Assembly (NCBI RefSeq): GCF_006345805.1
Contig: NC_043004.1
Location: 86,924,001-86,988,000 of the forward strand
Length of the DNA stretch: 64,000 bases
Direction: 5' to 3'
Source: Octopus sinensis
Taxonomy: Eukaryota
In this document: piece after piece, positions 38,716-53,147 of the stretch
Numbering within the stretch: position 1 is the first letter of the stretch
Layout: each line of letters starts with the position of its first letter
Position numbers and translations under genes: made by a program
The notes under the pieces: model-generated
What the model was told of the DNA's origin: nothing
Databases searched by the model: none
What the model saw: only the letters and a program-made list of their open reading frames with translations

Positions 38716-38910
38716 TTTCTGTGAAAAATTAAAGAAGGGCTCTTGCCTTGTTGATCAGGCTCGTAGCTTTTGGGAGTTTTACATTGTTTAATTTTAATTG
38801 TTATTTATTGTTTACTGAAAACCCTTTGTCCTGTCTTGTGTTGTCTTTTATGTTGCTCCATGTCCTTTAATGTTGTTTTATGTAAGCCCTTGTGGCTAAT
38901 AAAAGAATTA
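38716..38910 (+). mobile_element. 3' UTR remnant of a non-LTR element ending in the SINE-B-type tail
   Basis: T-rich tract ending atgtaagcccttgtggctaataaaagaatt, similar to the SINE B tail gccccttgtgggcaataaagaaat. Confidence 0.45.
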
Positions 38911-40049
38911 TCATCAACATCATAATGACAGCGCAAATGGCTGTAATGAAGCAGTGATGCTGGTGGTGTAGCTTAGTGCTTCCAGAGCTTCCCAAACATT
39001 TTTTCTGGGACCATTATATGCTTTTCCAAAAATCACGGAGCCCATACCTGTATGGTACAGACAACCAACACCACCCTAATTTTAGCAAGACATTAAATGG
39101 GATAAAAATTATTTTAAAGAAAAAAAGAATTCATACATACATTTGTCATATAAATCTAGTCTCATAACAGCCAATTCATGTTACTGAATGGTTTCATGCT
39201 GTAGAGCTTTCAGTTATGGAAAGGTAAATTAAATACGCTAAAGGTAAAAACAGGTTGATAAATTTTGGATGATAACCTATACCAAAGAGAAGAAAAAGGA
39301 TTACAGGTAAAAGAAAAAGGAAAAAAAAATTAATGATACTGAATTTAAGATGTCTGTTTAATTGGCAGACCCCACCACCTAGAGACTAAATTCAGTATTG
39401 TACATTCTTCTATTTCTTTTACCTCTCTTAAATCGTTCCCCACCCCTTCTTTAATAAAAGGGTATCACCCAAAATGTCAGATTCTCTGTTTCTTTCTTTG
39501 GCCTATTTATCTTCATTGTATACTTCTTTGATCATTTTCTTTTACTTTATATATTTTTTTGCTTTCCAGGCACATGCTTTCACCTGTCTTATTCCATCTA
39601 TTATTTATTTGTCATCTCTTTATCTCATAATCTTACTTGTGTTATTTTTATCTATATATAACCTTATGCCCACACAGAATAAATCACTAGTACTTCACAA
39701 ATTGACCATAACAACTATATATACGTTCATACATACATAAAGATACATACACCTACCTGTGTGTGTGTATGCGTTAATGTTTGTACTCCATATCTTTGCA
39801 TGAAACTGTTTAAGCACAACAGTAATATTATGCCGACATACCCTATTAACAAATTGTGATGTGGTTCTGAGCCTTTGAGGACAAGTGGAATAAAAAAAAA
39901 GTCACTTACTTGGAAGACATATAAGGGTTAGAAACTGAAAGGGCATGACATTAAAATAGCACCTCAAGAATAAATCTTTGTTCAACTCATACTTTCATGG
40001 AAAAAGAAACATAAAACAAACAAATGAACAAAATAAATGTGAGTGTTTA

Positions 40050-40080
<31 letters not shown>

Positions 40081-40290
40081 GAAAAAACAAGTCAAGATAG
40101 AAAATGCTAAAATAATTTTATAAAGAACATTTCAGTACCGGTTTCGGTCATTTTGAGACCTTTTCAACTGTAACGATTAAATAATTAAATTTAGAAAAAT
40201 TAAAAGAAAAGATTTTTTAAAGGAATATTTGTATAGTGTTCAAATATAAGTGGCATTTTTCTTGTTTCTGCCTTTCTCTGTCTCTCTTGT
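40081..40290 (-). mobile_element. Penelope-like pLTR fragment with a variant minimal hammerhead (40133-40170)
   Basis: Minus strand: cag TTGAAAA ggtc tcaaaat gacc GAAA ccgg TA ctg. Has a palindromic stem III and 3-bp stem I; inserted between (TA)n tracts. Confidence 0.6.
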
Positions 40291-40297
40291 TTGCACT

Positions 40298-40359
<62 letters not shown>

Positions 40360-40821
40360 GTATGTATACCCAGCTGTAGAAATGAGTATATCCGATCGTG
40401 GCTGTTTGCCAGCCTCGTCTGGCACCTGTGCCGGTGGCACGTAAAAAGCACCCACTACACTCATGGAGTGGTTGGCGTTAAGAAGGGCATTCAGCCGTAG
40501 AAACATTGCCAGATCAGACTGGGCCTGGTGCAGCCTTGTATACCCCCACCCACATATATGGTGTGCTGTATACAGTTTTGTACAAGATATGTGTAGAGTT
40601 TATTCAAGTGTTTATTCAATGTGTTTATAAACAAAAGATTGCATATCTGAACCACAATTTCCTTCAGTTACCCTTTTGGTCTACCGTATACATGAATGAA
40701 CTGAGAAGAAAATAATTGGCTAGTGTTTACAATCAATCAAGTGGTCAGTTAAATGAAACTAGGAGCAGGAACTGTAATCCCTGTTTATCTTACATTTTCA
40801 CACACACACTATCTCCCCACC

Positions 40822-40853
<32 letters not shown>

Positions 40854-41944
40854 TTCTCACTCTCTCTTTCTCTCATATACACATTGGTAATTATATATTA
40901 TATAGCCCAGATATTGTCAAGCAAATGAGGAAAAAAGTGATGAATGTTTTTTTAAATATACATGGAAGTAAAGCAATGTTAAAGTTTGGTATATGGCAGC
41001 TTTTGGTCCTTATTTGTGGAGGGAAACTAGCCAGGTTTGAATAAATTTAATTTCAGTATAAACGAGTATGAGGAAGACTTAAAAAAAAGGTCCTAAAAGA
41101 AAAACATTAATATTTGAGTCTAAGCTAAGGAAAAATATTCAAACACATTTGGGAAAAATCACATTTTCTAACTGAAGGGAAGTAACTGTTAATTGTTGTT
41201 AATAATTATTATTATTTCTTCATTGCCCACAAGGGGCTAAACATAGAGGGGACAAACAAAGACAGACAAAGGGATTAAGTCGATTACATTGACCCCAGTG
41301 TGTAATTGGTACTTATTTAATTGACCCCGAAACGTAATGTGGGCAGAATAAAGATTAGAAAGTAGAAGAAATAGCAAGGACGAAAAACTGTATTAATTTG
41401 TGGGTTAATGAGTTAATGTAATGATAGTAATGAATATTTATAAGAGGTATGTGCTTGTATATGGTGCTGTATTGGAAGTGGGGATTTCTTTGAAGAACAT
41501 AATCATAAAAATTTGTAAACATAATGTATGTTTTATCGTTTATTTGTTTCAGTCATTGGACTGTGGCTATGCTGGGGCACTGCCTTGAAGGGTTTTGCTT
41601 GAACAAATCAACCCAAAATCTGTTTTTCTTTTCTTTTTGGTCAAGTGCTAATTCTATCAGTTACTGTTGCCAAACCACTAAATTATGAATATGAACTAAC
41701 ATCAGTTGTCAAGCAGTGTGTGTGTGTGTGTGTGTGTGAGACACAGGTAGGCACTAAGACTCACACAAATAGATACACATACATATACAAGACTTCCACA
41801 GTTTCCATTGGTTATAGAAGAAGAGACTTGCCTAAAGTGCTGTGCAGTGGGCCTGAACCTGAAACCATGTGGGTTGCCAAATGAGCTTCTTAACCACACA
41901 GCTACATCTACACCTATGTGAGGTTATGGTTAATCCACATTACT

Positions 41945-42172
41945 CTGTAAAGAGCATAGGACCAGTTTCTTGGTTTCTCTGGTAAATATATCCCTCCCTG
42001 GATGGGACGCTAGTCCATTGCAGAATTACTCACTTCCACCAGCTGAGTGGACTGGAGCAGCATGAAATGAAGTGTTTTACTCAAGAACACAAAGCATCGT
42101 CCATTCCAGGAATCGAAACCATTATCTTCTGATCATGAGTCCAACACCCTAACCAGTAAGCTATGCACCTCC
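41945..42172 (-). mobile_element. tRNA-derived SINE of a third family
   Basis: Minus-strand head ggaggtgcatagcttactggttagggtg...ggtttcgattcc, then ttcttgagtaaaacactt...ccactcagctg; a related head lies at 45693-45830 (+). Confidence 0.6.
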
Positions 42173-44243
42173 ACTACACTATGAGTGTTTTAGATATATT
42201 AAGTTTATGTTAATTTAGCAGAGTTGGTAAAATATTAGTATATGAAAGTGAGTTCAATTCAGATAAAAGTCTGATAAAATGGACTTGAGATGCTAGTTGT
42301 GCTTAAGCAGATAATAAATCTAATAAATCTAGTGTTTAAAAGTGAAATGAAATGCTAATGATTTTTAAGTACTTTTGTGAATTGTTTTTCAGAGTTATTC
42401 AAAGGAAATAAAGATTGGAAGATAAGCGACTTAAATTGTTAGGAGTTTCAAAGGTAGCAAGTTGAAAGAATCATAAAAATGTTGGAAAAAATGTTTTGCT
42501 GTATTTGTGGTTGTTCACATCCAGGATTCAAATCCTACCAAAGTCAGCCATGCTTTTTATCCCCTGGGTATGAAAAGCATAGTTGTATCAGTCCAGTGGT
42601 GGGTTTGATCTTATTAAATAATCTCATTTCCACAAAACTGCAGGCCTTGTTGCCTAACTTAGAAATCATGATTAGGGATTTGAGGAATTTCAGGAAAGTA
42701 AATAAACAAAACAAAACAAAAATAAAATAATAGAAATTAAACAAAAGTTTAAGAGAGAAGAAAGAGTAAATTTTATGAATAGACGAATCAAAGTCAATAT
42801 TGACATTGGGAAAATGTTCTTAATGGAGAAAATGTATGCTTGAAAGAATGAAATAATTCAATGAGACAAAAGAACAAAAAAAAAGTATTGACACAAACAG
42901 CTGAGCAAGGAACAAAGGCTTATCTGTATGTATAGATCCAACGCTTTAATTTAGATCCTCAATCACTACTTCGATTGAACTGCAGTATTTCAGGGAGAGA
43001 AGTAGTGTTGACTGGTATTTGCCACTTAAAATACTGTATCTACTTGCGTATAAGTCACACCTCTAATTCAGTGGTGAATCTTGGTACAATTTTTTAAATT
43101 TTGCCTCATGTATAAGTCATACTGCAGTTTTTTTCACAGTTAAAATCAAGTATAAAACAGTGTGACTTACAAGAACAAAATGCTCCAGCATGGTCGCAGT
43201 CTAATGATTGAAACAAATAAAAGGTAAAAAGATATGTCAAAGCCTTCATAACAGTAAATATTCTCTGACACTGGAGGACAGGTTTAGAGAACTCCCTTTG
43301 CCCATATTGAACTAAACTGATGAGTATGAAGTGTGTATATTCAATTGTATCAACATATTAATAAGTATACACACTGCAGCTCTGTTTCTGAGGAAAATCC
43401 TATTTTATATGATAATCATTGGACAACTGCTATCATGTTGCTCCATGTAGAGACAATAGAAACTTAGTTTAAAGGAGGAGCTTGTGAACCATTAGGAAGG
43501 TCTCATTTACACATTTGTCTTCTTTCCTATTTGATTGAAGCTAAAGAGCAACTACAGCTGAAAGTATGAGTAAATACATATACAATTTCATTCAACTAAA
43601 CAAATTATAAAGCTCTATATAACAGGAGTCCCATGTAATTTATAAGAAACATATTCTTATATAAGAAATCTGTACTGATAACACTTGAAGCCTGCTTTTA
43701 TGAGGCAGACATGTCTCTTACTAACACTAGTCAGATATTTCTCTTGTATTTCTAACTTGGGATAGTAATATAGCTTTCATTGTAATGAGTTGTGCCATGT
43801 AATAGCTTAAATACATAGAATTCTGCATAGAGCATTAATTTCCAAGTAACCTTATCGCTAATTAATTTAACATACAGAGCTCACTTGAACATATGGCTAT
43901 CATCTTAACATACAATAGAAAACAATCCACTGGAGTAAGTGTATCAATATCAATCAATGATTTAATACTGGTGCAATAGTGCATCAAAAAGCAACTGTGT
44001 CTACAGTGAAGCTATTCTGTACTCTTTACTCTTTTACTTGTTTCAGACATGTGACTGTGGTCATGCTGGAGCACCACCTATAGTCGAGCAAATCGACCCC
44101 AGGACTTATTTTTTGTAAGCCTAGCACTTATTCTATCGGTCTCTTTTGCCGAACTGCTAAGTTACGGGGATGTATACACACCAGCATCGGTTGTCAAGTG
44201 ATATTGGGGGGATAAACACACAGACACACAAACATATACACAC

Positions 44244-44274
<31 letters not shown>

Positions 44275-44290
44275 TATATATAATATATAT

Positions 44291-45100
44291 CATCATCATC
44301 ATCATCATCGTTTAGCGTCCGCTTTCCATGCTAGCATGGGTTGGACGGCCATGAATGGATGGTGCTTTTTATGTGCCAGGCGAGGCTGGCAACAGCCACG
44401 AATGGATGGTGCTTATTACGTGTCACCGACACGGAGGCCAGTCGGGGCGGCGCTGGCAATGGCCACGATCGGATGGTTTGCTTACTTGTCACCGGCACTG
44501 GTATCACAGCCGCAATTTCCATTGATGTTGATCGACTTCGATTTTGGTTCTGCTTTCTGATATCTGATTTGATTTGGTTTGATTTGATTTTCACTTGCCT
44601 CAACGGGTCTTCACAAGTGGAGTTTTGTGTCCCAAGAAGGAAAGGTATGTATAAGTCGACAGGTAGAGGCCACGGGTTATGGTCTCACTAGTCTTGCTGG
44701 GTCTTCTCACGCAAAGCATACTTCCATAGGTCTTGGTCTCTAGTCATTTCCTTGGTGAGACCTAAAGTTCGATGGTCGTGCTTCACCACCTTGTCCCAGG
44801 TTTTCCTGGGTCTACCTCTTCCACAGGTTCCCTCAACTGCTAGGGTGTGGCACTTTTGCACACAACTATCTTCAGCCATTCTCGTCACATGACCATACCA
44901 GCGCAAATGTCTCTCTTGCACACCACAACTGATGCTTCTTAGGTTCAACTTTTCTCTCAAGGTACTTACACTCTGTCGATTATGAACACTGACATTACAC
45001 ATCCATCGGAGCATACTGGCTTCATTTCTTGCGAGCTTACGCATATCCTCAGCAGTCACAGCCCATGTTTCACTACCATGTAGCATGGCTGTATGTACAC
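44291..45100 (-). mobile_element. RTE-clade LINE 3' fragment (ORF2 C-terminus 44688-45100 plus 3' UTR), nested in a SINE A
   Basis: AMLHGSETWAVTAEDMRKLARNEASMLRWMCNVS...HLRWYGHVTRM...GRGRPRKTW; (GAT)n tail; SINE A halves at 44020-44290 and 45155-45301. Confidence 0.92.
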
Positions 45101-45104
45101 ATGC

Positions 45105-45136
<32 letters not shown>

Positions 45137-45652
45137 ATATATATATATATATATACGACGGGCTTCTTTCAGTTTCCATCTACCAAATCCACTCACAAGG
45201 CTTTGGTTGGCCCGAGGCTATAGTAGAAGACATTTCCCATGCAGTGGGACTGAACCCGGAACCATGTGGTTCGTAAGCAAGCTACTTACCACACAGCCAC
45301 TCGAGAGAAAATATTCACAACAAACTTTGCTTGTGGAAGTATCCAAGCATTTTTATCATGGCATCAAAACTCCACCTGACTAAAGAGTCCTCAATATCCC
45401 ATGTTGTCTTCATTTGGCCAGATTGCTGTGAGTTAAAGAGGGAATAGAAAGAAGGCAGTGACAGAAGATGAAGTAGGGCGAGAGGGAGAAACAATGAAGA
45501 GTATGTTTGGAGAAACAGAATAATTGGAGTGATAGGGTGGTAGAAGAGGAAGAAATGGTAGAAACAGTGCAACAAATAGTAATGAAAGAAAGAAAGCAAT
45601 CTAGCTATCTATACAGAGAGAGAGAGAGATAGAGATAGAGAGAGAGAGAGAG

Positions 45653-45694
<42 letters not shown>

Positions 45695-46378
45695 GGCATG
45701 TGGCCGAATGGTTAAGGTGTTGCACTCATGATCTAGTGATTGTGGGTTTGCTTCCTAGATCAAGCAGTACATTGTGTTTTTGAGTAAAACACTTCAGGCC
45801 ACTCAGCTGTAAATGGGTAACTCTATAACAGACAAATCATCTGATCAGAGAGAATGTTGGTCTGCTTGCCAAGCCAGCAGGTTGGCATCATTCAAAAGCT
45901 AAAACAAAGCAAAGTGCATAGTGACCAGCGTTGTTTAACATCTGAAAGTCTGGTTGATCACGTAATACATAAATACATATACATATAAGAGAGTATTGTA
46001 GTTCGCTTGAAGCATTGTGTATTGTTTGTAAAATATAATGTGTCTTGAATAGCACAACAATGCACTATAATAACAACAATGGACTATAATAACTGTTATA
46101 ATTTAATGATCCAGTGAGTACAAAGATGAATGGTACATGGGTTAAGGTTGGGTCTGAAGGTGTTATGGTGTCAAAGATCAAAGACAAGTGATCAAAGGTA
46201 ATAAGTGTGTCTTCTTGTTATCTAGCCTTAGGCCAGATATGCATGCCTGTTATTCAAGGTATGTGGTAAGGAGTTTCATTACCTGGAACTGTAGGCAAGT
46301 GTCTCCTACAATAGTCCTGGGTCAATCAAAGCCTTATCAGTAGATTTAGTAGATGGAAACTGGAAACTGAAAGAAGCC

Positions 46379-46450
<72 letters not shown>

Positions 46451-47835
46451 TTGTGTATGTGTGTCATCATAATCACTTAATATGTTTTCCATGTTGGCAA
46501 TGGTTGGATGGTTTGACAAGAGTTGGCAAGACCGGAAGCTGCACCAAGTTCCATTGTCTGTTTTGGCATGGTTTTCTACTGTTGAATGTCTCCTTGCCCT
46601 GACATGGTGTTAGTTCTAAGCAAATGCCACTGTCATGAGAGCAGTGTCCTTCATTTCCAATTTCCTGTGAAAACATGTCTGGTTATAAGGAAATATCATC
46701 TTACTTGGAAACAGGCAAGAGTTGGTGAAAGGAAGGGAATCCAGTTATAGAAAATCTACCTCAACAAATTCCATCCAACCCATGTGAACATGGAAAAATG
46801 GACATTAAAACAATGATGATGATTCCAGCCATGACCATTCTATTTAATGTGTCCTCCATTCTTGTAAGATGGTAGAATGTGATCTAAGGGAGAGTTGGCT
46901 GCTTTTTCTAGATGTTAAAATTAGAAAATATGTCAAGAGAACAGAGATTCCATCAGTGACTAATTTGTGAATCTGTAAGGAAGGCATCAGAAATCCAGTC
47001 TCTGCCAGTGTGTATGTATTCTCTTAGTTTTTGTCTTCTTGGACTCACCCTCAAGGCAGCATGGCAGTGCAAATAAGCTACCCCTAACATAGCTAAGAGG
47101 CCTTATCTATCCAATTGTTATACCAATAACCTGACAATAACTAGGGGCCCATCACTCCCAAACCGGTTATGTAATGTGTCATTCACCATCTTGAGTATTT
47201 CTATCTGTGAGCACTATAGCTAAATAGTTGTTGATTCTATACTGGGCTTGTCTGCCATCTTGATGGGTTTCTGCCCTGCTGGGTTTTTAGCGTCCTTTCT
47301 CATTAGGGCTAACCTGATGGAAATTTAGTTACTGACCACTTGACTATGTAACATGATAGCAAGCATCTATATATGTGTGTGGTATGTGTGTTGGGCTTGA
47401 GTATGCACACATATATAGAAATACATATCTTTTCTCTTTTGCTTCAGTCATTAGACTGTGGCCATGCTGGGGCACCACCTCAAAGGAATTAGTTGAACAA
47501 ATTGACCCCAGTACTTGTCTTTTAAACCCGGTACTTATTCTATTAGTCTCTTTGATCAAAACATTAAGTTATGCAAATGTAAACAAACTAACACCGGTTG
47601 TCAAGTAGTGGTGGGGAAAACACAACCACACACATACATATATGTATATATGATGGTCTTCCATGCAGTTTCTGTTTGCCGAATGCACTCACAAAGCATT
47701 GATTGGCCTGGGGCTATGGTAGAAGACATTTTCCCAAGGTGCCACACATGGGACTGACCCCAAAATCATGTGGCTGCAAAGTGAACTTCTTAACCATAAA
47801 CACACACACAAATACATATAATGCATGCGCCTATA

Positions 47836-47878
<43 letters not shown>

Positions 47879-48590
47879 CATACATACAAGAAAAACTTTT
47901 GATTAAAAACCACTATGTATAGACTCGATATTTGGAATGACCAATTTTAAATACTGTTGGATTTTACTCATAAAGTATTGGAACCTTACATGTATACCAC
48001 TTGGCATAGAAAATGGATCTACAAATTCAATATCCCTACATATCTCACATCTATTTTGTTTCCTCCACCTCACTCTCTATTTTGTATCATATCTACTCAG
48101 CCTTGGTTTTTTTATCTCATTATGAAAAAAAAAGTTATATATATATATATATATATAATGTATATATATATATCTTTATATATATTATATATATATACAT
48201 ATACATACACACACTCACACAGAGAAGTGTTTATCTTACACACTGAATTCTACTTCTCTTTCTTTATCTTACTACATAATATACATTTTGTTTTAATCTA
48301 TACTAATGCAGACTCTCTTTAAAGAGATAGTATATATGTGTGTGTATGTGTGTGTGCGTGTGCATATATTTGTGCATGATTGTACAGATTGTGCAATCAT
48401 GAGTGAGGTGGGGTTTTGTTGGGTCATAATTTATCCTATTGTTATACCATCACATTTTCTTTCCCCTCTATTCCTTATATACCATTAAGCGTTGTGTATG
48501 TGTGTGAATGTGTTTTATGAAGTATTTTTGTTATTCATGTGTACATGTTACTCTACCTTTTTGTATATAAGTAGTGTGCATTACATATTC

Positions 48591-48626
<36 letters not shown>

Positions 48627-50299
48627 TCACTCACGTAAAGGCCTTTGCATCTGCAAGTAGGTGTAGTGAACTGGTGCATGTCTATATAAGTAAGGATGCA
48701 GTATGAATGTAAATCAATAAAATCATTAATTATCAAGATTGCTGCTAGTGTAGACTCAATAGAACTTGTGTGGATAGGAACTTATCATTTCAGAAACAGG
48801 AAGTTGATTGAAGGCAGACTTGTTTTTATTAAAGGATTTTATATCATATATATTGATTGAAAGTTGTTACCAAGTTGGCAACCTTACTAGCATAGACAAA
48901 TAATTAAATAAATATATAAAAACTTTAAAAAAATATAAAGTAATATAAAATAATGGCTTTAACAAAAAATGAAATAAACATGGAGAAATTATAGAGAAAT
49001 TGATCTTGATAATTCAATGATATAAACTGAAATACATTGTTTTATTAATTAAATTATGTTGGTAGTGTTTTATGTGAGACCAAGTCTATGTACATATGTA
49101 TACAGATCATAAACACAATGTTTTTGTATGTGCATATACTAAATATACCATTAGCATTGTGCAATACAAAATGTGCTTTGTGTGCATATATTTTGTTTTA
49201 TTTTCTATTTATGAATCCCTTCAGATTGGAAAAAGAAAAGATTACTTGGCTGACTGTTCACTCTAAGTAGATATACAGCAGCTTTTCCTTCCTTCTTTGA
49301 CTAAACCATTAGGGGAGAGAGAGGGGGGAGTAAGGAAGAGAAAGAAAAGCTAGAAAAGAGAGAGAGGGAGAGAGAGAAGAATAGAGGCGAGAGTAAGGAA
49401 AAGAGACAGAGAGAGGGAGAGAGAAGAGAGAGATTCATTCATATTTTCATAACATTTTAGCGAATATAAATTGGTATATATAGTAAACATAATATGAATT
49501 TCTGAGATCATCTTGCCATATAAGATATGCTACAGTGATTTGGAATAAAGGATATGAGAGGATAACCTATATGGAATTTTCTTTGACGTAGTAACTCTTT
49601 CTCTCCTGTATAATAAAACCCAAAAGATTTTAACATATAAAACAAGATACTTTGGCATCAAAGTTTGAATAAAGCAGTAAAACAATAAGTAATGAGTAGG
49701 CATCTTATAGTGGAATTCCTGGTGTACTGTTTGACATTTAATATTCATGTGACTGATTTTGTCGATAAATCTAAATCTCCCGAGGTGGAATATATTTGAT
49801 ACTAACATTACATTTAACGAGAAAACGTGTTGAAGAAAGTGTTATATTCAGTCTAGCAACTCCAAACATTCTTTACTAAATCACAGCAATAATATTCCTA
49901 AGCCACAAACCACTATATGGTGGTATGTAATCTTAGATCAGACTGAAAGATGAAAAATATAGAATGAAGAGTTTAGGGTGATATGTACTAACAGCATTAT
50001 AATCCCCAAGACAATGCAAGGCATAAAAGCTTATGGTATTTATTTGAGAGCTGGTGCCACATAAAAAGCATCCAGTACATCTGTAAAGTGGTGGGCATTA
50101 GAAAGAGCATCAAGCCACTGAAACCATGCCAAAACAGATAATTGGAGTCTGGTGCAACTCTCTAGCTTGCTAGCTCTTGTCAAAGTGTCCAACCCATCCC
50201 AGCATGTAAAACAGATATTAAATGATGATGAATAGATCACCTGCGCAACTGCTCACAGTCAATTCAATCAATTATTCCCTTTGTTTCCTTATGGAGCAT

Positions 50300-50670
50300 A
50301 GACCATCAATGTCTTTTCTTCATTGTTCTCAACTCTGAGCTGTCTTTTCTGTTCCTCTCCAGTTTGTCCCTACTTTTTCCCATTCGGATTTTGTTGTACC
50401 ATGTCATTTGTTTTCCTGGATGAAGGCCTTCCTCTCTTAGGTCTTGTTGGTTTTAGATTGTTATTAACACTTCTGAAACTTTACTTTTTTCTAGATGTGG
50501 CTGTTGGCCCAACACAAACCTATTTTTACTTCTGGTAAGAGGTGGTCCATATTAGTCTGGTCTCTATCCTTTGACCTGTCCAGTATGAGAGGCCCTACCA
50601 GGAGCTTGCTCTTTGCTGGCATTGCTGTGAGTGTCATTGAAACACACAAGCCCCCACACTGCAACAAGGA
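50300..50670 (-). mobile_element. 5' end (UTR) of an RTE-clade LINE
   Basis: Minus strand ccttgttgcagtgtgggggcttgtgtgtttcaatgac...cctggtagggcctctcatactggacaggtcaaagg...ccagac resembles the conserved RTE/Expander 5' UTR as I recall it. Confidence 0.55.
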
Positions 50671-51369
50671 CAGGACCTTGTAGTGGGAACTGCTCACAGT
50701 GCTTATACCTTAAGACTGCACTGTGCAAAACCTTTCAATATAATAAAGACCCAAAATGCTAATGTTCAAATTGAGTTTTTCTAACAATACAGCAAATAGG
50801 ATATCTTCTTTTGGATAAGACACTAATTTTTTTTGTATGCAACTTTTCCTGTAAGAATTGAATAGCAAAATATTTAAATGCTTTCCACCAGTGAAATAAT
50901 ACTGTTTGCTTACAGCTGAATTATAATATATCTAGTACTTATTTGAGCAAAGTGGACTTGGATATTGAGAGCTATTGTTAAGACCATGAGACATGAAGCT
51001 CCGATAACATGTTAGAAACCAGTAATCACTAAGCTAGTTGTTATTTTATTTCACATCAACCCTAAATGATCAGACTTAAGATAAAAAGGGTTCCAGCTTT
51101 GGTCATCCCATCTTTTTTGCATATACATAGAGGACCACATTAGATTCTTTATTTCCAAGGGATTTTTCAAATATTTAATGTGGCAGAGTGAATTTGAGGA
51201 AGATTTGACTCCTATTTCTGACAGATTGCATATCTGCATAGAAGCTTCCTTGTCTGCTATCATGTTAATTCAGATTCTGTAGAACAATGAGTAGCTATGA
51301 ATAACCCCAAGTACTTCATTGGAAACCTCTTGGCCACTAATTTTGTAGGCCAGAGCTGAGAAAGGCTCC

Positions 51370-51595
51370 TTGACCCTTTTGTTACTGTATTTATTTTGAG
51401 ATGCTCTGTGTTTCTTTCAATTACTTTAAATATAACAAAGAATTTAGTAAAATAATTGTTATCATTCAGCTAGTGTTAGGAACATAAATTGTGACTAAGG
51501 TTTGGTGGAAGATTTTAATTCAGAACTTATGAAAACAAGACATTTATACTCAGAGCCAGAGCCAGTTTCAGCCAGGTTGGTAACAAAAGGGTTAA
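51370..51595. mobile_element. piggyBac-type MITE, second copy of 5691-5913
   Basis: TT(G)A|cccttttgttac ... gtaacaaaaggg|TTAA. Confidence 0.8.
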
Positions 51596-52749
51596 AAGTG
51601 TAAACATCATCCACAATATTTTAGACTATTCAGTTATTCTGAAAGTATGTTCATCTGAGTTTCTTTAAGTAAAACCATCTTTTAACTTATCTGCAAATAG
51701 CACAGTTGGTTGGATGACAGATAATCATCAAACTAGATATTTTTGTTTACCAGATTAATTGATTTGTAATTCTGAGTTTGAAGCTTGCCAAAATTAACTT
51801 TGCTGTAAATCCTTAATGAACTGACGAAAACGATGCTCTGTGTGTGGTATTTGTGAATACACGAAGAAACAAAATCAATTAAGGTATAAGAATAATACAT
51901 AGCTAAACTCTTAGGTTATAACAAAGAACTTTTAGGTTATATTTAGCAAAGACAAGCAGTTTTAGCTTTACTTTCCTACTTCAACAATCAGGTTCTAAAA
52001 GATTTTTTTTTCCATTTTGCTTATGTGCGTTATGTTGCCCAGGCAAAGCAAATCCAGCTTTCAAATCAGCCTTTTTATTTATTCCTTAAAGGAGGTATTA
52101 CATCATTAGAATATGTTCATGCTGTAACAGATTTGTTGTAGTTAGGATTTTCCATATAGTTTTCATTATATTATATTGAATTTTAATATAGGCATTGCTT
52201 ATTTAAAAAAAAAAAAATTATGGTTATTTGTTGGACTTGAAGAAAGGATCATAGTCTAAAGTCTTCAAAGATCTTCTGAGACTAGTGAGATTAATGCTAT
52301 TAATGTTGTGATGAATCTGTTGGAGGAGGGGGTGGAGTTTTGATAGGATTGAATATTAACTAATATTGAATGAATTTACAAAATAATATTGGCTTCAAAT
52401 TTTGGAACAAGGCCAGTAGTTTCAGGGGAGGGGCTAAGTTGATTACATCAACCCCAGTGTTTAACTGGTACTTATTTTATTGACCTCGAAAATACGAAAG
52501 GCAAAGTTGACTTTGGCGGAATTTGAATTCAGAACATTAAGACAGATGAAATTCTGCAAAGCATTTTGCCCAGTATGTTAATGATTCTGCTAGATTGACC
52601 CTTTAATTTACAAAATAATATTACAATCAAATGAGTTTTTTATATTTCTGTAGTTTTTTTCTTGTTTCAGTCATTGTACTGTGGTCATGTTGGAGTACCA
52701 CTGGGAAAGGATTAGTAGAACAAATCAATCCCAGGATTTATTTTTGTAG

Positions 52750-53147
52750 TAGTGGCTGTGTGGTAAGTAGCTTGCTTATGAACCACATGGTTCTGGGTTC
52801 AGTCCCACTGCGTGGCACTTTGGGCAAGTGTCTTCTACTATAGCCTCAGACTGATCAAAGCCTTGTGAGTGGATTTGGTAGATGGAAACTGAAAGAAGCC
52901 CGTCGTATATATGTATATATATATATATATGTGTGTGTGTCTGTTTGTGTGTCTGTGTTTGGCACCCCCAACATCGCTTGACAACCGATGCTGGTGTGTT
53001 TACGTCCCTGTAACTTAGCGGTTCGGCAAAAGAGACCGATAGAATAAGTACTAGACTTACAAAGAATAAGTCCTGGAGTCGATTTGCTTGACTAAAGGTG
53101 GTACTCCAGCATGGCCACTGTCAAATGACTGAAACAAGTAAAAGAGT
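52750..53147 (+). mobile_element. SINE family A, nested in an older minus-strand SINE A
   Basis: Near-complete copy; pieces of the older copy lie at 52660-52745 and 53148-53385. Confidence 0.85.
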
